A stretch of DNA of 22,247 nt. It comes from Leptospiraceae bacterium (lineage in GTDB: Bacteria > Spirochaetota > Leptospiria > Leptospirales > Leptospiraceae). Position 1 is the stretch's first letter. The number at the start of each line of letters is the position of its first letter. Positions 9,350 to 16,178 of the stretch are shown here, piece after piece. The position numbers were made by a program, and so were the translations under genes. The stretch is taken from contig DAORJR010000060.1 of assembly GCA_035439145.1 (NCBI GenBank), forward strand, positions 1 to 22,247. Direction: 5' to 3'. The notes beneath the pieces were generated by a model. That model saw only the letters and a list, made by a program, of their open reading frames with translations. It did not search any database and was not told the DNA's origin.

Positions 9350-9580
9350 ATGAGACTTCAATTTACATTGTTAAGTATCTTTTGTTTTGGTATGTCCTTA
9401 TTTGCCGCTAATTGTGATTCGCATTTAATTGCCTCGCTTTCTTTTAATGGTCGCCGGGGCAATGCTAGTAATAACATGCTCCTCTGCAATAAAAACAAAT
9501 GCAGAGGAGCAGTTTCTCAAGACATATTTTGGTATAATTCTGCACTTTCTATAGTAATTGCAAATACCAATAAAAATTAG
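9350..9580 (+). CDS. Candidate small secreted Cys-rich peptide (76 aa) in the MVP-kinase intergenic region
   Basis: An internal ATG at 9350 lies 8 nt past the MVP stop and gives MRLQFTLLSIFCFGMSLFAANCDS… (a signal-peptide-like N-terminus with a lipobox-like FAANC, then 4 further Cys). The RBS is weak, and the ORF contains the GC-rich hairpin at 9477-9511. It could equally be non-coding. Confidence 0.2.
   Translation: MRLQFTLLSIFCFGMSLFAANCDSHLIASLSFNGRRGNASNNMLLCNKNKCRGAVSQDIFWYNSALSIVIANTNKN
9477..9511. terminator. Strong GC-rich stem-loop (12-bp perfect stem, 11-nt loop) downstream of the MVP gene; candidate hairpin-only terminator or structured RNA element
   Basis: tGCTCCTCTGCA-ataaaaacaaa-TGCAGAGGAGCa. 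No U-tract follows on either strand. The GC content is unusually high for this AT-rich window. Confidence 0.35.
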
Positions 9581-9657
9581 CGTAACTAAACGTTTTCCAT
9601 TCTTCATGAATAAAGTGTCGTCATCTCCCAAATTGGTCTCTAACCTTAAATAACTTA

Positions 9658-12111
9658 ATGCAATCAAAGTTGAGATATTTATTTACAAGCATTCTGATTT
9701 CTATGGCTTTCTATTTATTTGCCAAGATCGGTTTAAAAATTGCATTTATTCAATCGAATGTTACATTAATTTGGCTTCCTTCTGGTCTGTCACTTCCTGT
9801 TTTACTTTTCGGGGGTTATAAGTATTTGCCTGCAATTAGCATAGGAGCATTTTTTACAACCTATTCAACAGGTGCACCGATTGGTTTTGTAATAGCCACT
9901 GTTATCGGAAATAGTCTTGAGCCTTTGTTCAGTGCCTATTTTTTAAAATCCAGACTAGATAATAACAAATATCCGCTTAGTCTAAAGAATGTTGGTCTGT
10001 TCTTTCTGATTGCAATTATCATTGCGCCTACAATTAGTGCATTGATCGGAGTTCTAGGTCTATGTTTAAATGGCATGGTCGAATGGAATTCTTTTTTTTC
10101 AATTTCACTTGGTTGGTGGGCGGGTAACGCATTCGGTGTGTTAACCTTAGGGGCTTTTGTCTTCGCCTGGTTATCAAATTCGAATATTAATCCTACAAAA
10201 TCTACTCTGCTCGAAGGATTCGCTCTTCTCATTCTATTGACCTTCACCCAAACAATTGTTTATTTTGATCTTGTTTCGCCTATCGCCTCAATGTCTCTTG
10301 CATGGACTGCATTTCCATTTTTAATTTGGACTTCCATTCGATTCAATCATATAATTGCAGTAGCCTTTACTTGCACAACAATAGCGATAGCGGTCTATGC
10401 AACGATAAGCGGTAAAGGTCCGCTCTTTACGGGATCAATCAATCCTAGCCTATTTCTGCTTTATGGATTTTGCAGTATTACAATGTTAAATTCGATGATA
10501 CTGACAGCAATTGCATATGAAAGAATTTTAAAAGAAAAAAGACTAGCGCGTAATAACGAATTGCTCAGACAAACAGAAGAAATAGCAAGAATTGGGTCAT
10601 GGGAAATGGATACGGTAACAAAGGAGCGCACTTGGACTGATGAAATTTTTAATATTCATGAAGTCCCGATCACGAAGTCTCCTCTTTCATTGGAAGAGGC
10701 TATTCAATTTTACCCTCTTCCAGGTAGATTAGTCCTACAAGCTGCCATGAAAAATGCTATAGAAAAAGGAATTCCATACAATCTTGAATTACCATTTATT
10801 ACAAAGAGTGGTAGAAATTTATGGATTCAAACGCAATGTAGAGTTATAAGAGTCAATGATAAAATCATAAGACTGATAGGAACTTTCCAAGATATTACTT
10901 TACGCAAAGAAACAGAAACGGAATTGATTAAAACAAAAGAAGCGGCTGAAGCGGCAAATCAGGCGAAATCGGATTTTCTTGCAAATATAAGTCATGAATT
11001 ACGAACTCCGTTAAATTCTGTAATAGCGCTAACAGATTTATTATTAAAATCTAAATTGAATGCATCACAAGAAAAAAATATGGCAATTGTTTTTCAGTCT
11101 GCAAATTCATTGCTCGATTTACTCAATGATATATTAGATTATTCTAAAATTGAAAGCGGCCAGCTTGCTCTAAAGATCGAAAAAATAAATTTAATAGAAT
11201 TAGTTAATCAAGCAATAAATACAATCATATCCGCAGCCGATGATAAAAATATTTCCATTGTAACTAACCTTGCTAAAAATCTACCTACTCATATATGGAT
11301 AGACTCTACTCGACTACGGCAAATACTAATTAACCTTTTGATTAATGCAATTAAGTTTACCAATGCAGGAAGCGTTGAAGTAAAAATTGAAGTTTTAAAA
11401 TTTGATTCATCAATAAACCAAATGCAAATTCTTTTTTCAGTCATTGATACTGGAATTGGAATTTCAGAAGAGCATCAGAAAAGTATATTCGAAGCATTTA
11501 CACAAGCTGATAGTTCTACAAATAGACGTTATAAGGGAATTGGTCTAGGTCTTAGTATTTCGAATACACTTCTCAGGCTAATGAACAGTAAACTGAGATT
11601 AGAAAGTGAATTAGATAAAGGAAGTAGATTTTATTTCATTCTGGAAACAAAAATAGAATACGCAAATATCCAAGAAGACACAAAGTATTCTATGACGAAT
11701 GAAAATTATAATAGTTTCTTTCCAGACTCAACTAACATTTCCAAAATCCTAGTTGTTGATGATGATCCAATCAATTTATTTTTAGTAAGGACAATCATTC
11801 AAGAACTATTACCAAATTCTAAATTGATTGAAGCAACGAATGGGAAAGAAGCCATTGATATATTTCAGAAAGAGAATCCTGACCTAATTATACTAGATAT
11901 ACAAATGCCAGAAATGAATGGACTCGAAGCAACAATAGAGATTAGGAAGCTTGAAAAGGAAAAGCGAACACCTATCATCGCATTAACCGCAGGGACGATG
12001 AAAGGGGATAAAGAGAAATGCCTCTCCATCGGTATGGATGATTATGCGTGCAAACCATTTGTAAAATATACAATTGCTAAACTATTATATAAATGGTTAT
12101 TCAATCAATAA
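9658..12111 (+). CDS. Hybrid sensor histidine kinase/response regulator with a MASE1-like polytopic membrane N-terminus, PAS, HisKA, HATPase and C-terminal receiver
   Basis: About 280 aa with ~8 predicted TM helices, then a PAS domain (EIARIGSWEMD…), the H-box ANISHELRTPLNSV, the N-box LINLLINAIKFT, the G-boxes DTGIGI and GIGLGLSI, and a receiver (ILVVDDDPINL… DLIILDIQMPEMNG). Confidence 0.9.
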   Translation: MQSKLRYLFTSILISMAFYLFAKIGLKIAFIQSNVTLIWLPSGLSLPVLLFGGYKYLPAISIGAFFTTYSTGAPIGFVIATVIGNSLEPLFSAYFLKSRLDNNKYPLSLKNVGLFFLIAIIIAPTISALIGVLGLCLNGMVEWNSFFSISLGWWAGNAFGVLTLGAFVFAWLSNSNINPTKSTLLEGFALLILLTFTQTIVYFDLVSPIASMSLAWTAFPFLIWTSIRFNHIIAVAFTCTTIAIAVYATISGKGPLFTGSINPSLFLLYGFCSITMLNSMILTAIAYERILKEKRLARNNELLRQTEEIARIGSWEMDTVTKERTWTDEIFNIHEVPITKSPLSLEEAIQFYPLPGRLVLQAAMKNAIEKGIPYNLELPFITKSGRNLWIQTQCRVIRVNDKIIRLIGTFQDITLRKETETELIKTKEAAEAANQAKSDFLANISHELRTPLNSVIALTDLLLKSKLNASQEKNMAIVFQSANSLLDLLNDILDYSKIESGQLALKIEKINLIELVNQAINTIISAADDKNISIVTNLAKNLPTHIWIDSTRLRQILINLLINAIKFTNAGSVEVKIEVLKFDSSINQMQILFSVIDTGIGISEEHQKSIFEAFTQADSSTNRRYKGIGLGLSISNTLLRLMNSKLRLESELDKGSRFYFILETKIEYANIQEDTKYSMTNENYNSFFPDSTNISKILVVDDDPINLFLVRTIIQELLPNSKLIEATNGKEAIDIFQKENPDLIILDIQMPEMNGLEATIEIRKLEKEKRTPIIALTAGTMKGDKEKCLSIGMDDYACKPFVKYTIAKLLYKWLFNQ

Positions 12112-12981
12112 CTATTTAACTCCATTCATCTTTTGATTTATTTTAAATAGACTAATAAAATCTTCCTCTCCTAGATTCTGCGACATACCAGAATCATAAA
12201 TTGACTTGAGTGAATGAATTAAAGGCAAACTCACATTATGCGACATTGCGATATTAAGAGAATGATTTAAATCCTTATTCATATTTTTTAGAGAAAAATT
12301 CGTAGAATAGTCATTGTTTAGAATACAATTTACTTTAAAATCTGAGATTCCAGAGCGCGCTGCGGAATTTGTAACAATGTCATGAAGAATTCCCAAATCA
12401 AGTCCGAGTTTTTTTCCAAGAATAAGACCTTCCATATAAACTTGTGCAAGACCAGCTTGCATCATATTAAGGGTAATCTTCATTAGCTGCCCATTTCCAA
12501 CATCACCACAATGAATGACTTTTTTACCACAGGCTTCCCAGATGAAATTGCAATCCTGAAAGTCTTCTTGACTTGCTCCAACCATAAATAGGATTTCACC
12601 CTTGTCAGCAGCCATTTTACTTCCAGTCATAGGAGAGTCTACAAAACGAAAACCTCTCTTGAGAGATTCACTGTGCATTTTCGCTGTTAGCCCAGGTGAA
12701 CTCGTTCCAAAATCCAAAATAGTGGCATGTGTTGGTTCAGCCATTACTTCCATAAATGATTTTTCTACAATATGGTCTTCAGTCAGACAGAGAATAATAA
12801 AATCAGCATTTTGCACTGCATCCTTAATTTCCGAATAAATGATAGTATTCGTATCTTGCAATTCTTGAATCTTAGAAGGATTACGCGCAAATATCTGTAA
12901 GGTCGCGCCTGTCTTCTTTAAGTTTTTTACAAGCCCGCGTCCCATAATCCCCACACCAATAAATGCAATTTTTTTATTCAT
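12112..12981 (-). CDS. NAD(P)-dependent beta-hydroxyacid dehydrogenase, HIBADH / 3-hydroxyisobutyrate dehydrogenase / 2-hydroxy-3-oxopropionate reductase family
   Basis: An N-terminal Rossmann fold (KIAFIGVGIMGRGLVKNL) and a 6-PGDH-like C-terminal domain. The ORF is open to 12999, but the AGGAG RBS favours the ATG at 12981 (MNKKIAF). Its stop codon directly abuts the stop of the convergent kinase. Confidence 0.85.
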   Translation of the reverse strand: MNKKIAFIGVGIMGRGLVKNLKKTGATLQIFARNPSKIQELQDTNTIIYSEIKDAVQNADFIILCLTEDHIVEKSFMEVMAEPTHATILDFGTSSPGLTAKMHSESLKRGFRFVDSPMTGSKMAADKGEILFMVGASQEDFQDCNFIWEACGKKVIHCGDVGNGQLMKITLNMMQAGLAQVYMEGLILGKKLGLDLGILHDIVTNSAARSGISDFKVNCILNNDYSTNFSLKNMNKDLNHSLNIAMSHNVSLPLIHSLKSIYDSGMSQNLGEEDFISLFKINQKMNGVK

Positions 12982-13206
12982 AATAATCTCCTTTCGCATA
13001 ATCAGAATTTATCGTTGTATGATTCAGACAACTCAAAAAATACATTCGAAAGATTCATTGTCTTCCCATAACTACTCAGTGTGTTTTGCCACAGAGGCAA
13101 TCCATTATGCTGAGTAATTACGTCTTTCTATGAATAAACATTTCATTGACATTTTATTAGAAAGGGAAAGAATGAAATTAGTAAAATCTCTAAGAGGTGG
13201 CAACTT

Positions 13207-13974
13207 ATGGAAATCATAACTATAAATAAACAGAACTTAGAAGAAGAGCATATTTGTTGTGCTATTGGGAATGATAAAAAAAATCAAGCCAGAGCAAAGT
13301 CAAAGAAAGATTGGATGAAGGATCTATTTAACGATGGTCTCGTTTTCAAACGCTTTGACCAAAGGGGAAAAATTTTTATAGAATACATGCCAATCGAAAA
13401 AGTATGGAAGCCAATTGTTGGCAAAAACTTTATGGTTATCAATTGTCTTTGGGTTTCAGGTCAGTTCAAAGGGAAAGGTCTTTCGACTCAATTATTAGAA
13501 GAATGTATAAAGGATTCAAAATCAAAAAAAATGGATGGAATTGTTGTGGTAACGGGTAATAAGGTAAAACCGTTTTTAACTGATAAAAAGTTTTATATGA
13601 AACATGGATTTGAACTGATTGATTCCGCTCCTCCTTATTTTGAATTACTTGCACTTAAGTTTAATAGGAAAGCGGATAATCCTAAGTTTGTGAAGAACGC
13701 AAAAGAAGGAGTTTGTTCAAACAAAAAAGGATTTACTTTTATTTATTCCAATCAATGCCCGTTCATGGAAGAATATATACAATTAATGGCGTCCATCTGT
13801 AAGAAAAAGAAATTCCCTACTGAAGTAATAAAACTAAAAACGATGAAAGAAGCACAACAAATTAGTAGCCCCTTTGGAACAATGGGAATTTACTACAATG
13901 GGAAATTAATCACACATGAGTTAATGCCAGAAAAGAAATTTGATTCTTTTGTTGATGCAATAAAAGAAAAATAA
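13207..13974 (+). CDS. GNAT-family N-acetyltransferase with a YoaP-like C-terminal domain
   Basis: The GNAT core motif is VSGQFKGKGLSTQLLEECI…HGFE. A Cys-containing C-terminal extension (CPFMEEY) resembles Bacillus YoaP. An AGAGGTGG RBS is present. Confidence 0.65.
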   Translation: MEIITINKQNLEEEHICCAIGNDKKNQARAKSKKDWMKDLFNDGLVFKRFDQRGKIFIEYMPIEKVWKPIVGKNFMVINCLWVSGQFKGKGLSTQLLEECIKDSKSKKMDGIVVVTGNKVKPFLTDKKFYMKHGFELIDSAPPYFELLALKFNRKADNPKFVKNAKEGVCSNKKGFTFIYSNQCPFMEEYIQLMASICKKKKFPTEVIKLKTMKEAQQISSPFGTMGIYYNGKLITHELMPEKKFDSFVDAIKEK

Positions 13975-13975
13975 G

Positions 13976-14009
13976 CTGAATACCGCAGAAAGAATTCAGA
14001 AATTTTTTA
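13976..14009 (+). terminator. Weak candidate intrinsic terminator after the GNAT gene
   Basis: A 6-bp stem CTGAAT/ATTCAG with a 12-nt loop, followed by aaaTTTTTT. The stem is AT-rich and short. Confidence 0.25.
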
Positions 14010-14113
14010 CTTCAGGGATCGAGTAAAAGCATAATTTTTGTAACGCAGAATGATGAAAAACCTCATTCTCTCTTTGTCTCAGTGCCTCCGTGGCAATGCT
14101 TTTACGCAACGCC

Positions 14114-14797
14114 TTATTTCAAAAACAATTTTCCAATTTCTAAAATACCAACAGTGTCACGCATGAAAAAAGGCTCTGCGTATTCTGTGTGAATGCGTAA
14201 TCCGAAATAGCGATTTGCCTCAAGAGATTCACGGATGAATGCCCCCTGCCCTTTCTTTATAAACTGAGATTCATAACATTCAAGCACCTGTCTCTTTCTT
14301 TTGATATAGGGACTAATATCAACACAAAAGGATGGTTCTAGATTTAGTTTAATATGATTGGGGAAATAGTAGATTACCCGCTCTGGAAAGAAAGGCTCTC
14401 CTTTTATGTCTGATTTTGTAAGCTTGGAATAGAAACGTGCAGAATCGGTAAGCTTACTCACCGCAATATGATCTGGATGCACATCATAATCATAATGAGT
14501 AAATATATATTCCGATCTTATTTCTCTAAAAACTTCCGCCAGCTTGATTCGATTTTCCACTGTTTCTTCTATATAGCGATTTTTTAAGTCGAGAGTAATT
14601 CTTTTTACCCCCAACAAATCCGCTGCTTTAGTTCTTTCTTCTTTTCTTATTTCTACAGATCCATGTGGTGTAGGCTCTCCATCAGAAATATCAAGAATGG
14701 TAACTTCATGTCCTGCGTCTAATAGACGTAAAACGCTACCGCCCATAGAAAGCTCTACATCATCTGGATGTGCACCGATGCAAATTATTTTACTCAT
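14114..14797 (-). CDS. PIG-L / LmbE-family N-acetylglucosaminyl deacetylase (BshB/MshB-like)
   Basis: The N-terminal CIGAHPDDVELSMGG motif and a HPDH zinc-binding motif. Its start overlaps the upstream patatin gene by 8 nt. Confidence 0.85.
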   Translation of the reverse strand: MSKIICIGAHPDDVELSMGGSVLRLLDAGHEVTILDISDGEPTPHGSVEIRKEERTKAADLLGVKRITLDLKNRYIEETVENRIKLAEVFREIRSEYIFTHYDYDVHPDHIAVSKLTDSARFYSKLTKSDIKGEPFFPERVIYYFPNHIKLNLEPSFCVDISPYIKRKRQVLECYESQFIKKGQGAFIRESLEANRYFGLRIHTEYAEPFFMRDTVGILEIGKLFLK

Positions 14798-15725
14798 ATT
14801 TAGAATTCAAAAAAGAAAAGATTTTTTCTTTTTGTTCCTCCGCATCTTTTTTCCCGAGTTCATAGGCTTCTCGAGCACCTATTGCATTTGTATAATCAAA
14901 CGTATGAATGGGCAACTTCCCATCTGGCTTTATGAAATATGTATTTTTCATTACTTCTTCTGACTTCCCATACAGTGTTGTATCTTCGTAATAGATTCCA
15001 ATCTTTTTTCTCGTATTAGAAAAAGATTCAAGGAGCAAATTGTTTGTTAGCCCTCCGTCCAAGTAATATTCTTCATTGATTCTCTGAAAACTAAGCACCG
15101 GTGGAATGGAGGAGGAATTCATGATTATCTGCTCGGTAATAGCCGGATACTGAAAGTCTTTATTTGTGAAGATTACTTCTTTTAGATTCCATTCCTTTAC
15201 AATATTGTCTACTCTATGACAGGGGAGTCCTTTCTCTTTGTCTTTATCGTCTAGTAGAACTGCTCTCATGGTCTTTGGAATGAGAAGCAATTTCTTCCAA
15301 TAATTATGCAAGTTTCCTTTTCGGGGAAATGCTTTTACAGCTAAGATAAAAATCTTCACCCTACTCTTTCCTATTTTCTCGAAGTCTATCGCATAACGTA
15401 ATGTTCGTCGATACATATTCTCGTGGGGAAATGGTCGTTTGCCCATGAGAAGGTGATGAGGCCAAAAATTACTTTTGTTTCGTTTGAGTAGTTGTTCAAA
15501 GTATTCGATTCCCGCTTCCTCTCTACCCGACAAAATCATGAGCCCTATGGCAGAGCCTGCGCTCACGCCGGAAATTTCTTTTATCTTTAACCCCCAACTT
15601 CTAAGTTTATATCCAACTCCTAAACCATAAAGTGCTTTGCATCCTCCACCTGCTATGGCGAGTGCTATTTCATTATTACTCAAAACTTTGTTAATTTTCT
15701 TTCGAACTGACTTTAATGCAGGCAT
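14790..15725 (-). CDS. Patatin-like phospholipase (Ser-Asp dyad lipid acyl hydrolase)
   Basis: The oxyanion motif is AGGGCKALYGLG. The nucleophile elbow is GVSAGSAIG. The catalytic Asp lies in YYLDGGLTNN. Confidence 0.85.
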   Translation of the reverse strand: MPALKSVRKKINKVLSNNEIALAIAGGGCKALYGLGVGYKLRSWGLKIKEISGVSAGSAIGLMILSGREEAGIEYFEQLLKRNKSNFWPHHLLMGKRPFPHENMYRRTLRYAIDFEKIGKSRVKIFILAVKAFPRKGNLHNYWKKLLLIPKTMRAVLLDDKDKEKGLPCHRVDNIVKEWNLKEVIFTNKDFQYPAITEQIIMNSSSIPPVLSFQRINEEYYLDGGLTNNLLLESFSNTRKKIGIYYEDTTLYGKSEEVMKNTYFIKPDGKLPIHTFDYTNAIGAREAYELGKKDAEEQKEKIFSFLNSKYE

Positions 15726-15804
15726 AGATTTATTAGTTTTCGCCTAATTTATTCTAGCAATAAAAAAACGTTTTAAAAAATAAATACTGTGTTAAACTCG
15801 CCTT

Positions 15805-16170
15805 ATGAGAAGATTCTATTTAAGTATTAGTTTTACGATAACCTGCCTTTCGGCGGGGTGGCTATTCTCCCAAGAAGGAGAATTTGTGGAGATGAAAATG
15901 CATGACTTTATGGAAGATCATGTGGAATTGGCAGAGAAAAAATTCAAGAAAGGCGATAAAGAACCTTTGAAGAAAATGCTAGAGGCAATGCCGAGCTTTG
16001 CAATTCCAGAAGACAAAGAGGTTTGGGAAAAGATAACTTCCGATGCACTTAGCTCAGGAAAGTATCTTTCGTCCTGCAAAACCTGTCATTCAAAGTTTAA
16101 AAAATCTTATAAAAAATCGTATAAGAAGCGATTAATTTCTATTCCAAAAGATATTCTAATAAACAAATAA
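15805..16170 (+). CDS. Small exported protein with a single C-terminal CXXCH haem-binding motif; possible class-II (cytochrome c'-like) mono-haem cytochrome
   Basis: The N-terminus MRRFYLSISFTITCLSAGWLFSQ looks like a signal peptide or lipobox. The mature part is helix-prone and K/E-rich, with SCKTCHSKF near the C-terminus. An alternative internal start (GTG/ATG after AAGGAG at ~15872) would remove the signal peptide, so the assignment is tentative. Confidence 0.35.
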   Translation: MRRFYLSISFTITCLSAGWLFSQEGEFVEMKMHDFMEDHVELAEKKFKKGDKEPLKKMLEAMPSFAIPEDKEVWEKITSDALSSGKYLSSCKTCHSKFKKSYKKSYKKRLISIPKDILINK

Positions 16171-16178
16171 TTAAATCC

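Noticed and set aside
9287-9580. A 97-aa ORF starting inside the end of the MVP gene
   Set aside because: The first 20 codons overlap the MVP coding region in another frame. Only the internal start at 9350 is retained, and that one with low confidence.
9425-9667. An 80-aa minus-strand ORF in the MVP-kinase spacer
   Set aside because: No RBS and no signal or motif. It overlaps the hairpin and the start of the kinase gene, so it is probably spurious.
14697-14963. An 88-aa plus-strand ORF across the patatin/PIG-L junction
   Set aside because: It is antisense to two overlapping, well-supported genes and has a low-complexity product.
15872-15900. An alternative internal start (AAGGAG + GTG/ATG) for the CXXCH protein
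   Set aside because: This is kept as a caveat rather than adopted. The upstream 30 codons form a plausible signal peptide, which is required for c-type haem attachment. Without it, the CXXCH interpretation would fail.
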